Assembly: GCA_002633005.1 (NCBI GenBank) | Contig: NMRA01000007.1 | Coordinates: 1,970,569-2,034,568 of the forward strand | Origin: Phoronis australis | Taxonomy: Eukaryota > Animalia > Phoronida | Length of the DNA: 64,000 bases | Direction of reading: 5' to 3' | Part shown: positions 11,801 through 42,397 of the stretch, in pieces | Position numbering within the stretch: the stretch's first letter is position 1 | How the letters are laid out: the number at the start of each line of letters is the position of its first letter | Notes under the pieces: generated by a model | Seen by the model: only the letters and a program-made list of their open reading frames with translations | Told to the model about the DNA's origin: nothing | Database searches by the model: none | Position numbers and translations under genes: made by a program

Positions 11801-14800
11801 CAGGAATGTAATTTTCAAGTTGGCTGTGTCTTTCTTTAAAAACAACATCCACCACCACAATCAAAACATTCGTATAAATAATCCTACTCTTAAACCACAT
11901 TTCAGTCCTAACTTCTTTTCTTTTAAAAAGGTACTAAACCTTGTTTCGATGATATAACCTAGAACTGATTCGGTCGACTGCTACTGAATAATCCCAGTAA
12001 AGATGAAAGCATTGCTCGCCTATGGCCCCGTCATCCCAGTGTCACCAAATGGATTCGAGGGTTTGAAACACACAGCCTCTCCCAGTTCCATAACCAGACC
12101 AAAACATTAGTCAGGCTTATTCTACTAAACAGATTTTGTATGGAGTTGTTGAACTTGAATTGAAACTACCAAGCATATCGCCAGGTTTAATTAGCATTAT
12201 GGAATAAAGATTTTGGTGTTTTAACATGTATTAGTCTGACAGCATTAACATTTGTCAATAGTCAAAAAACCAGGTTTAGCATCTTTTTAATAACACGAAA
12301 GCTTAATACCTAGTGTTAAGGTTTACATAATACATAGAAGAGGTTAGTTGTACAGTGTATTATTCTTGTATCACAGCACCAAAAATAATTGAATCCGAAT
12401 GCAGTCTCATCCAGGGTAAGGGGACTAATCTTTGTACTCGAAAACAAAAATATTCTTAGCATTTTCTATTCTACCTTTATGCAAACTCCATAAAAGTATC
12501 TATTATTCTTTGATCAAGTAAACAATAGCTTACGAACATGGATTACTGTCTATACCTAGTTTGCACTGGATGATCTCAGGATTAAAACTAAAAGTTCGAG
12601 TCTGAACTCACAATTTTGAGTTTTTACTCGAGTTTGTAGTTGGAACATAGGGGTCATCAAGTGCAAACATGTATCAGAAACTTGTGTGTATAAACCAAAA
12701 TGTACTCAAGCACAGACTAACAGTCACTAGAGTTTGCACAAAATTAGAACAGAATAATGTTAAAAATAATTTCAAGAGCAAAGATTACACCCCGCCTCAG
12801 GGTCTGGTTACATGAAAGTTACACGCCAGCCTATCCATAATGCCTCGTGTAGTTTCCCAGCATTGCATCTCCCCTCAGAGGTGGTTTGTATCCATGCATC
12901 CACAAACTTCAGTCATACAAGTCATGTGACTTTCAAAATGAAGAACGATTGGCCATGTGAATGGAGTTTGGACATGCTAAGTTAAGAAACATCTCCAAGG
13001 AGAAATTTGGTGCTACGAAAACGCCCAATGTGTTCTGGATGACACTAGATTACAATAACGATAGTTTTTGCATAATTCATTAGACATTAGAAACAATCAA
13101 ACTTTCGGCCATTTCCGGGCCTGGTTGCGCCAAACTTAAATGCAGGATAACAACAGTGACATCACACTGATTATTGTATGTCACAATGGTATTTTTGAGC
13201 AGTGCACTTGACATCAAGCAACAATCAAAACTATACAGACGATGAGTTTTGAAATTTTATGAAACACATTCCAACCTAACCAAAGAAGAGGTTCATGACA
13301 ATCTGGATCACTAAATTAATTACAGATGCAACAAAACATTTGAGGGTGGGGAAACAATCCAGTGTGATCGAACATTCAATACGTTCAGTCAACTGCAAGT
13401 CAAAGTATGTTCATACACGGTATCTGATCTCAAGAGTTCACAGAATCCAGCTGCCTGTGTTAAAAATTTGGATCCATTTTTTTACAGTGTTTACAGAGTC
13501 CAGCAACTGGACCAGCAAAATAATGAAGACATGGTGCAAAGAGTCCAGGCACCGAGTCAGTGCTCAATCCAGTCACTCTCACCTTGCACATGTGACAGTT
13601 TGGCTTGCTGGCAGTCTTCTCACATGGGCACTCCTTATCGCACAGCTTGCAGAACTGAAAGAAAACGAACTAGTAGAATGCGTAAATACCAGTCATAAGG
13701 TTCTTGCTTGACAGTTTTATCAATCAAATGTTCTCAAGGAAATTTCCCACATGTAACACTTTCACAGTTTACATGAAACCTACTACATCACAAAAATTTG
13801 CAATCCCTACACGTAAGTACAGAAATTTCTTGTTTACAAATGCCATAACTAAAAAATCCACAACAGGTGTCCCACGTCTAAATGCCATTAATACATGTCT
13901 CTTGCTGTGTTCGCAAATTAATTCCGTTCAACTGTCCTAGTCGATGAGGCACTCAGATTTCTGTAGCTAAACAACATGGAAACTATTTAAGACCAAATGT
14001 TGATCCTTCCAAGCAGTTGGGCAGATATAGAGGTGGACACATGAGAATGAAGTCTCCCAAACATCTGGTCAAACAAGGACAGAAAATGCTAATGGGACAC
14101 ACAAGGTCCTCAAATTGAACCAAAGATTTGAGGCCCTGACTCACAGCCAGGCTTTCACCAATCCGATGTCCATATAGACACCCGACTCAAATACAAACAA
14201 CCTAAGATGCCCTGTTTAGCACTTGGATACCATGTTAAGGATTTGGATGCCCAAGCAAAGTGAGCACTGGTGTATCTTTCAACGTGTTAAGTGCAAATAG
14301 AAGAGCTCATTGGCATGCCCAGGATTAAATAGTTGAGACGTGATGTAAGAGGTGTTGAAACTTTATTGGGGACCCATGTCTCTACAGTTAGGAAGGACAA
14401 TCAAAAAGTAGGTCAGGGTGCTCCATATCTGCCCCCGTGTAAAACCCACATCCGTAAATTTCAGACTTCAAAGTTAACTATAAGACAATTTTGTGTTATA
14501 AATCGTTACCTTGGTCTTTATTTGTGAGTTTGTAATCTTTTTGTCACGAATTATCACTGATAAATCATTTTTGTAAGCTTTTTTTGGCACACGATTTTCC
14601 GCCATGCGATCAACTTCGAAAAAGTACCTCTTGCTCCTCCAATCCAAAAGAGCACTATACTCTCGATTACAAACATGAAATTTGGACAGGATGTAGTTTA
14701 GATGCGTGCGCACCTCCTCAAGTTCTTTTCTTGAAGTCAAGGCCAAGTTTTCATGGTGAGTTTTCGATTGTCCGGAAGGCCTAATTTTGATCGGTTGGAG

Positions 14801-16292
14801 ATTGATGTTTTTGCAGTTGCGCACTTTTTGCAGTTGGCTACGTTAAGTCTCATGGAATCGCAACTTCACCGTTCAAAATAAAATTGTTACAAAGAGTTTG
14901 TAATGTTGCGTAAATTATGAAATCCTTCATGTTAAGAGTGGTTTGTTTTCCCAAATGGTCTTTTGTTTACTTTCAGATGTTTTTGCCATGATGCGATTTA
15001 ATAGTACATGGGTGGCGCCGCAGCACTGAAAAAAGTGGGGGGGATTTAGCTTCCCCCAGCCCCTATCAGGCTATGATGGGCTACCCATGTAATATTACTC
15101 GGGGGCACATCCAGGATTTTTAATTAGGAGGGGGGGCAGGGCAAAGCATTGGACAGGATTTCACCTGCAAGATATTTGCACCCTCGAACTGCCAAATGAA
15201 ATCTGAGTTTTAGGGGGTCATGGTCCCCTTGGCCCCCTCCCCCAAATCCACCAATGTTATCTTGTGGTACGATGTGAAATTTCCTCCTAACTCAGGTGCA
15301 TTTATTTCTAAGCTGATGTGTTGTCTTTGCTCTTTTCCTTTTAAGCTGTGTAATTCATTGTTTTCATCAATGGGGTTGATGCTCCTGTTTCATATGCTAA
15401 CAACACACTTTAACAGCAATATCTCTGTAGACATCCATCCAAATTGTATATAACACATACCACAATGTTCATTTTAATGAGACGAATCTTTCGATATGTA
15501 GTACATGTATATTCTTTTATTTTTTACGAAATTATGTAGAAAAGCAGATATTTATGCATAATCGTCGCGTTTCAACGGCCATTTTCTCGGGAACCGCTCA
15601 ACAAATGTTTATGATTTTGGCTCCATTTCATTTCTCACACCAAGGGCTTTTGAAAAATGTATGACACATGGACATTGTAAAAAAAGTTAAAAAACGTTGT
15701 CCTCCCTACTACAGTAGCATTCCGTCCACACTACAACAGCAATTTGACTAGGGGTCACAAAAGCATACGTCAGTGGTCAAGAACGGCATGGGATGGAAAC
15801 TGGAAAACCCATTTTGCATGTTTTGGAAATCGTGTATAAATGTCGGCACACAGACATGCGTTTCTAAAATGATCCCTGATATACGCCCAGTTTTGCCTGG
15901 GGACATGCTTTGAAGGGTGCGGTTATAAATGGGTAGCATTGCAATATTGAATAATTAATTGTTGGATACATGAATCCCTGATTTGAGATCCAATTTCTTC
16001 CACTGAATAACGCCCGTTATCCAGTGATAGGAATTGGTTCTCAAATCAATCTTAAGTCAGGGACACACCTGACCTATCCGACTAATTTACCAACCGAACT
16101 CACTCGACAGTATTCACAATACTTGCAAGCCGATCCTTTCGTGTATTCTAGCTTTGCTTCGTCAACGTTAACATCTTCTTGTTCTTTGGCGTCTAGATTT
16201 TCGTTCTCTGCAGTTTCAATACTTTCAGCGTTAACAATTCCACATAATAAAACAAAACATATAAGGATGACCAACCTACACCAGTTGGCCAT
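8847..16292 (-). CDS. ER-luminal Cys-rich protein homologous to the C-terminal domain of sarcoplasmic reticulum histidine-rich Ca-binding protein (HRC-like), 4 exons, 143 aa, signal peptide plus RDEL
   Basis: Exons 16292-16104, 13654-13583, 11624-11536, 8928-8847 (GT-AG, phases 0,0,2). Product MANWCRLVILICFVLLCGIVNA-ESIETAENENLDAKEQEDVNVDEAKLEYTKGSACKYCEYCRFCKLCDKECPCEKTASKPNCHMCKYCKFCPVCKICDTICQPGGIVDRMSAAVINALPTHNPEEIEKDLDTVKEYISRDEL*. Cys spacing and the YxxGSxCxYC and CxxxCxPGxxVD motifs match the HRC C-terminus as recalled. Confidence 0.9.
9075..9229. mobile_element. Harbinger-like MITE (~155 bp); related degenerate copy at about 13117-13270
   Basis: Imperfect TIRs CAGGACCCAGTTGCATAAAA / TTTTATGCAACCTAGCCCTG; internal similarity (TGCACCTGACGTCATGCAACAATC vs TGCACTTGACATCAAGCAACAATC) to the 13.1-kb copy. 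Confidence 0.6.
9702..9932. repeat. ~230-bp imperfect foldback element
   Basis: Left arm TAAGAATTGTTAGACATCTTTCAGACCGTATGTTGGTCA...TAAGTCTGAAAAGATCTCT...GACTTTCTGC is the reverse complement of the right arm GCAGAAAGTC...AGAGATCTTTTCAGACTTA...TGACCAGCGTACCGTCTGTAAGAGGACTAATAATTCTTA. Confidence 0.8.
9952..11487. mobile_element. 1.5-kb non-autonomous Tc1/mariner-superfamily (Tc2/pogo-like) DNA transposon
   Basis: 22-bp TIRs CCGTATTCGCCGTAATAACCGC / GCGGTTATTATGGCGAATACGG (1 mismatch), TA target duplication on both sides, subterminal TAAGCGC motifs; no transposase ORF. Confidence 0.88.
12419..12797. mobile_element. Foldback MITE (~380 bp); right-half copy at about 60960-61190
   Basis: Ends GGGACTAATCTTTG / CAAAGATTACACCCC; core AAGTTCGAGTCTGAACTCACAATTTTGAGTTTTTACTCGAGTTTGTAG is shared with about 60968-61015. 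Confidence 0.7.
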
Positions 16293-16540
16293 TTTCAAGA
16301 TCGGCGTTCCAAAGTAATAACGATATGATGTAGCAAACATGGGATATAATTTATGACCGTAACACATTGTTTAGCGCCAGAATTTTCCATTTTTATTTTT
16401 ATTTTTTGCTGAAAATTTGAGCAAGTATCTAAACAATGCCAATTAGCTGACATCAAATGTCATACATCAACAGTCATGTAAGCCACACTGAACCGACAGC
16501 CGAAAGATTACGGTATTTTGTAGTCATGACTTCGGCCCGA

Positions 16541-16562
16541 CCAATCGGTCCGCAGCACGTGG
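16541..16562. promoter_or_regulatory. ERSE-like element about 250 bp upstream of the HRC-like start codon
   Basis: CCAAT-CGGTCCGCA-GCACG(TGG): CCAAT-N9-CCACG consensus with one mismatch and a GC-rich spacer. Confidence 0.35.
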
Positions 16563-17322
16563 CTGCGGACAAGGGATCCATCTCTATTTCACATATGTTC
16601 AAACTATGTGCAGAGGTTTTAGCTAATTTGTTCAGAGAAAATGCATTATGCACAGGAATATAATTTAAAAATACGGAATATAATTTAAAAAATATGAAAT
16701 ATAAACAGTGTGCTGCATGATCCGGACACTGTCAGTGGCTACCGCCTTTATTGATTTTGCCGATTTCCGGCACAGGCTCGGACAACCCGCTATCTGATTG
16801 GTTGTAGATGACAACTTCGGAACTTTAAACCAATCAAATAACCTAGCCAGTTCACCCAGAAAAACCGGTGAAGTCAATCGAATGTAGACACCTATTTCAA
16901 TACTCACTTGGCGGTTTCATAAATTCCTTGGAGTAATCGTTCTCATTAGTTGATTAATTTGCAAAATTTTCAGCCTTGAAGCCCAATTTGCCTAAAACTG
17001 TTCGTGTTTTGTGGGGATCCGATCTATGTATTCAAACAGTTAACTTTGTCAAAATACAAAATACACGTGGGAGAGCAGGTTACAAAGATTTTTGGATAGA
17101 CCCAACAAGTTAAATTGTATGGAGGGCTAAATTTATATTAAACTATTAGTCCCCAAATTTTTTTAACTTTAAAGTTTAGTAGTTCATGTTGTTACAAATA
17201 TGTATCGAAATGTGTTTATGTTTTTATATGGATTCCGGCGGCGTCCACGGTCAATAACGTGAGGGAGTTGCATTTCAACCATTGCAAGTAAATGACTCCA
17301 TCAATCTTATTGATAACAATTA

Positions 17323-17592
17323 GCACCCGGGGGAGGGGGGCTCGGGGCTTGAACAAGCCCCCCAATTTGGCGGATTGGGCAAAAAGGTCTGCCTCAGGGA
17401 ACAAAAAGTCCGAGTAAACGAGACAAACTGAGTCGGGAAGTCGGCGCGGCGGATGCACGGTTCGTGAGTGCACGGTTCGTGGGCCTCGACATAGTGGCCC
17501 CGTTTTTGTTTTTGTTTTTTTTAGTTCTCTTTCAGTAAAAGGTCCACATATCGAAAAATTCGAGCCCCTCTAGTAGGCTGGGTGCGCGCATG
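17323..17592 (+). mobile_element. MITE family with CATGCGCGCACCCAG termini, copy 1 (left end eroded)
   Basis: Ends TAGGCTGGGTGCGCGCATG; internal CCCCCCAATTTGGCGGATTGGGCAAAAAGGTC is shared with the copies at 19902 and 22259. Confidence 0.75.
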
Positions 17593-19901
17593 AACAATCC
17601 TGTGAAAAGTGTTTCCATCCCAGCGGTAGCAACTTTGATCCATCTACAAAACTAGTCCTTATGACCACTCATCACTGTAGAAGGCTTCTCAGTACTCGTA
17701 AAGGTCATTTTGTCCGCATCTTGCAGACTCTTTAAATGCCCGTGCAGTAATTGGACATGTGAAGGATAGGTTTTATTATCAACAAATTGTACTCGGACTG
17801 CCAATGTTCAAGTATCTCGGCATTTTAGTGTTAAGACATTACACAGTCACAAAAATGGTTTAATGGCCTTTTTAGATGTTTAATGATAACGCATATACTC
17901 GACATTCTTCAGAAATTAATGGAATCAGTGTCAAAGAGGCCTGGAACGCGATAAACAGACTAACTTGCAATATTCGTTGAAAGTGGTTTTCTGCCACTGA
18001 AACAGAATTCAACCTGCTCACCAACCATCAGGTATTTTTAGGGTTTGTTCGTAAAGATTTTTTATTTCTGATGATATCAAAGCATTTTCTTGCCGTTTTG
18101 AATTTCAAAAAACCACCAGTCATCTGCTTGCCACTTCCTCAATTTTTTCCCTCAAGGCAAAGGACGTCTCCTTATTTGGTATAGACGTAGCACATTTCCT
18201 TTGACCACAAGCGACTTCAAGCAACTGACTATGAGCGCGTGCGCTCATTTTTCATAAGTGGGAGGCAGATTAGAAACTCTGTGGTAACCACAGAGTTTTT
18301 TCTTAGCGCCCGTTTCAAAAATCGTGAATTTTGTGATTTTTTTCTGGAAATTTCCTCACAGAGAAAATCCAATTACTCTGAACTAGACGTTGCGAGATGG
18401 TACTTTTTTCAGGAATTGTTTAAAAGATATTTTTGGCGAGCTTTCGCGTTCAATGCCTCTTTAATGTGAATGATGAGAATACAAAACCAAAAAAATAATA
18501 ATAACTGCACTAGACATTATCCAGATACTCAAATGAAATGGTTTCAGTTCAGATTGCTTTACAAAATGCATCTTTTTCAAATGAATGCGTGGCTGATTGT
18601 AATCTTTGCACTTTTTATGACTGACACATAATGATAATATCCATTTAAGAAATTCTTTGAATTTCCTGACTCTTCTTATAAAGTATTAATAACGAATGGA
18701 TGGTATTAGTGTGTAACATAATTTTTTGCTTGACTAAGACGTTCTTTTAAAGCTAAAACGTATAGGAAATAGTCCTGTGTTTAGGTAATTATAAAATTCA
18801 ATTTATTATTATATAATGTAAGGCTGTTCAACAACAAAATGTTAAACTAAGGAGAGGTAGATTGCCTGTTAGATGTGTATTTCATCGTTGCTTCTTTAAT
18901 TTATATATTGTAATGTACATCGGTACATTAATAATGATATGTGTATACACTTTTGCTTTGAAAAAATAACTAATAGCTCATATATGATTTGTTTTCCTTT
19001 GAGCACAAATATTGAACCTTGAACCATCGGTGAATCAAAAAAAGGTTTTAGAGTTTGTAGTGGTTGGCCAACCATAAAATTGTGAATGCGAAAACGGGGC
19101 ATATATATGCATTGGTTGTGACTTGAGTTAACGGCTCATTCAATGACCTGATAAGTCAGTGTGGAGATGATTTTTTAATCCCACTTAAGGTAAAAACTTA
19201 ACATTGACAGCTAAACAGTTGAAACCACCACGCTACTTTTTGTCATCAAACGCAGTTTCCTATTTCATATCATTAAATCCCAGTTTTCCGTTCTTTCGTG
19301 ATGCCAGCATCATTGATGGTTAACAAACCAACGATCGGGTAAACTAAGCGAAGCTTTGATTCAAGTTAGACCACTTATCGCTATAAAGTGATCTCAACTT
19401 GTTCCTTACTCAGATTCCGGGCTGACAAAGAACGTACTGTCAGTTCGTAATTTCTCGACTGAAACCGTGCTCGGCTCATGAACTTAGTGACAGACCAACC
19501 TGTAGTGCCAAGTCTATAGTGATAACAAACTGTGTTCCGTCGAATAGTGAAATCACCTGTAACTTCCTAAGATACAAGTTGAGAGTAATTTCATACCAGG
19601 AAATGGTCAAATTAAATGTTCCTTTTTAGAGGAAGTTTATCAAATCAAAAGTTGGTCTTTTGTAATTCAAATTCGGTTGTGTGGTCTCTGTAATTAAAGT
19701 TACCATAGTGTCGCGCATTGGCGCCGATCTCGAAGAAGTGTCGGATAAAGCCAGTTAAAAACAATAGCGACGAGTCTCAAAATAAGCGCCGGGATCGGTG
19801 GTAATTCAATACTAATTAAAAGAAAAACTCTGAACACTATCCACTGTTTTACTGAATAGAATAAAGCCTATTGTTGAATCAGTAAAAGTAAGTCGACATA
19901 C

Positions 19902-20165
19902 CATGCGCGCACCCCAGCCTAATAGGGGGGCTCGAATTTTTCGATGTGCGCCGGGACCTTTTAGTGAAAGAAATCAACGAGGACTAAAAAAACAGGGCCA
20001 CTAGGTTCAGGCCCACGAATTATGCATCCGTGCCCGACTTCCCGTGGGATTTTGTAGACTTTTGTCTCGTTTATTCGGATTTTTTGTTGCGCTGAGGCGG
20101 ACCTTTTTGCCCAATTCGCCAAATTGGGGGGGGCTCGTTCGGGCCCCCTTTTGGGTGCGCCCTTG
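19902..20165 (-). mobile_element. MITE family with CATGCGCGCACCCAG termini, copy 2 (inverted)
   Basis: CATGCGCGCACCCCAGCCTA...TTGGGTGCGCCCTTG; reverse-complement similarity to 17323-17592. Confidence 0.75.
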
Positions 20166-20739
20166 ATGATAACGCGTGAAAAATAGTGAATAGATGCATT
20201 GCAAGCGTAACAATCATGAGTGGCGTAACGGTTGTCTTAAAAACGGCCGCTTTCCGTTCAGTAACGCTGGGATCTCGCCAGATTACGTGAGTTATTGCCG
20301 TGTATTTTAAAAAACAACACATGATAGTGGCTCGACTCGGATTTTAGCAAGGTCCTAGCGTAGGTCCAGTAGCGCTATTGAACGCACGCCCGGTAGATAA
20401 CGTACAGAAGTCAAGTCTGCGACGACTGGATACGGTTGTCAAGTGAAACGAACAATGTTCAAAATATTGTTTATTTATAAAAAAAATTATCAAACATACC
20501 ATGCAGTTTGTAACAACAGCCGTCGCAGGTTCTGCAAACCTGGCCTTGCGGCGGAATAAGCGCGTCTCAGTGGTTTTAAATAAGCGCCAATTTGGAATAA
20601 ACGACGGGTTTAAAAGTCTACGAAAAATAAGAGCCCGGGTTGTAATATTCTACACTGCTGTACATAGTCGGCGACAATGGAACATTAATTATAATCGTGC
20701 AAGGTTGACCAGAATCTTACTGGAATTTAGCTCAGACAC

Positions 20740-22665
20740 TGAATGATGTTTTTGCAGTCATTGAGAAAAATCTAAACAATCCACGCAATCTTTGGAAGCT
20801 TTCTCGGGAAGTCTGTCCCGCCAAAATAACTAATGCTGCGTCTATAGATTCTGAAGTTGTGACGGACACGGCACGGACAGCCGACAGTTTTAATGCTTCT
20901 CTAATTTTACACGTACGTATTGCCAACTTGAAGGAGTTAAATGGTCATATGGACGACTCTCAGTCACCTTTTGATAAACTTAGAGACTTTGTAGATAGCA
21001 TGTTTCATGTGGAAACTAGTTTTAATATTCTTGAGAAAACCATTCACTTTGTGGACAAGATTCTTTGTAAAATAGATGAACATAAACGTATATGTCTAGG
21101 CCGGTGGTGTAAACTCAAGTTTTGAAGCTGCTCACACATAGCTTGCACCATCATCGACCTACATTAGTAACCTTATTATATCTACTTCTAAATTTCCAAG
21201 CCAGTGGAGGATTGCCAGGTTTATCTAGTGGGGATGACCTTGGCAACTATAGACCCATATCGGGAGTCTCACTCTTTATGTGCACAACAGCCTTTATCTT
21301 GTTACAAGCATGCAGTCAGGATTTCGAGCAGGGTTTTTCTTCGCGACTTTTCTTCTGGATATTTTATATCGGTTAGCATCCAGCGTTGATTCTGGCTTGC
21401 AGTCAGAGGTCATATATTTAGATTTTAAGTAAGCATTTGACCTGCTTGACCATTCTATATTTGTCAAATAAGGTCTATGTACAGAGTTGGGTCCGTGGCT
21501 CTCTCTAAATCATGCCTGGAAAATCGGTCCCAGCTGGTCGATTTGATGGTCTCAAATGCCTAAATTCTGTAAAATTTCTCATGGTGTCCCCCAGTGATCT
21601 ATCCTGTGGCCATTAATGCATTTTATACTTATATCGTCTTCCATTGTTTTGATATGATGATGTATGCCGATGACTCGACAATTTTTGTCCCTGATAGAGA
21701 CACAGAAGATTAACGTCACGTGACAATCTGATTTAGCCAGCGTAAGTGTCGTGGCAGCCGACTAATATTACTAAATACACGTGTGTCGCCTCTAAATAAA
21801 ATATTATAGACAGGATTGAGGTCTCAGTTTTGAGGAAATTTCTTTGGAACATACAAATTATGAGAAATTAATTGGCGTAAGATTGACAACACATCTGGAG
21901 CGATAATGCTTCTGAGGTTGTCTCCTAGAATACGACAGAGCCTCGGACTTTTAAGGCCTGAATTGGTCCCTAACCTACTAGTTCCTGCACGTGTTACCAA
22001 ATTGTTTGTATTGCTGCACTGTGTGGACGGTTGCACAACCAATTTGATTACTCAAAAGCTTTAATGATGCAATACCAGGCTGTCAGAATCACCCTGGGTG
22101 TCCTATTTGACACGGCCATCCAGTCAGATGTAAATTGGATACCCATTGATGAGTTTCATCAACAGAATCTAGACGATTGTGTATGATTTTAAATGTTACT
22201 GCGGTGATGTACCTGAATACCTGGCCAGAAATATTCTACCCATTTGCTCCTCATATATCATGCGCGCACCCAGGGGGGGGGGACTCGGGGGTCTCGAGTA
22301 CCCCTATTTGGCGAAGTGGGCAAAGAGGTCCGCCTCATAGAAACAAAGACTTCGAAAAAAGTAGAAAACGAGTCAAAAAGTCCACTGAAAGGGCAGCAGG
22401 GACTATCTAAATACGGCTGTGAACGTACCCCGTTTTTTTTTAGTAAAAGGTCCACATTCCCAAAAAATTGAGCCCCCACTTTTTTCACTAGGCTGGGTGC
22501 GCGCATGTACATACAAATACTCGTCTTGTCTCACATGACAACATAACCTTCTACAGATGTAGGACTGCTTTTTATGCAAGGTATATTTTGTTTTTACCAT
22601 GAGTGGAATGATCTGTCACATTAAACGCATAAGTACTTTTAACCATGATTTTATATCTTACTAAC
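20740..22665 (+). pseudogene. Decayed 5'-truncated non-LTR retrotransposon (CR1/L2/Jockey-like reverse transcriptase remnant)
   Basis: RT motifs in the correct order across frameshifts and stops: GNYRPIS (about 21242), QSGF (about 21313), YLDF..AFD (about 21415), HGVPQ (about 21580), MYADDSTIF (21660). Boundaries are approximate. Confidence 0.85.
22259..22507 (+). mobile_element. MITE family with CATGCGCGCACCCAG termini, copy 3, inserted in the 3' part of the LINE remnant
   Basis: Perfect 15-bp TIR CATGCGCGCACCCAG / CTGGGTGCGCGCATG; no clean TSD seen. Confidence 0.85.
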
Positions 22666-23110
22666 TTTTGTCCTCAATCTGAGGGCTTTAGTGGAATGAC
22701 CAATGACAAGAAGAGGAAAAAATTCCAGGTGGTGCATCATTCCACAAATGTGTGATTGATAAAATATTTTTTGTGTTGTAAAATTTAAATGAAATAAACG
22801 TTTTTTGCATGAATAAAGTCAAAATAACGATAAAAAACAGAAAAAGAAGAAACCGCAAGGAAATCAAGAGGAAATCGAAACCAAAAAAGGAAATCCTCTT
22901 ACAAGAGGAAAATTACAAGTCTTGATAAACATTGTTTACAAGACTTCAACAGTTTGTTTGTTGCTTTTTTATCAAAAATACAAACTTTAAAGCGCGATAC
23001 TGACTGAATCTGTTCCATTTTCCGGACCAAGTTTTGCCTATATACCGACCACATAAATGTGGGGCACTCGTGAATGATGGCCCTGGCAATGCACCCGTGC
23101 GGATTCAGTA

Positions 23111-23378
23111 CGAAATCACGTCGGTGATTATTAAAATCATCGCAGTAATTTCAGAAGCAATGCAGTGATTTCGAAATCACCGCGATGATTCTGCAGAATG
23201 AAGGGAATGGCTTTCCGCATTCAGAGCGTGCATACTGACCGCTGAGCAGCTGACGAAGGGAATCCCCTTTCGAAGTTCGCGGGAATACCTGAATTGATAA
23301 CTGTGACCCCGTAGATAGTCGGTGCGAATATTCAATATGGCGGCAATCAAGACGTTTGAATGACCCTGATTCTGCGAA
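23111..23378 (+). promoter_or_regulatory. PPP4R3 promoter and non-coding first exon
   Basis: CpG-enriched; four ~20-bp AAATCAC..GTGATT palindromic units (23113-23190), GGGAATCCCC (23258), TTCGCGGGAA (23276), YY1-like AATATGGCGGC (23334), strong donor GTAAGT at 23379 and acceptor TTCAG ending at 23530. Confidence 0.55.
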
Positions 23379-23646
23379 GTAAGTCAGCAGTTTCGAGCCA
23401 ATGTTTATATTGTCTTTCTTTGGTCATATTTAATTAAAAATATAAAATTCAACGTGACAGTCAAAAATTGAAATCTAAGGAACAAAATGTTTACCAACTC
23501 TTTGTTTTGGTTTATTTTTGTCATATTCAGGTCGACCGATCGGAACTCATGCAGGTGACAGTTTCCGTTAGCAAGCATCAAACAACATCTGACAACAGGA
23601 TTGGAGTACACTTCCAATCTTTGGAGTTGATCTCGCTATTAGAACT

Positions 23647-42397
<18,751 letters not shown>

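Noticed and set aside
13295-13711. 138-aa plus-strand ORF
   Set aside because: Antisense to exon 2 of the HRC-like gene, with no recognisable protein features.
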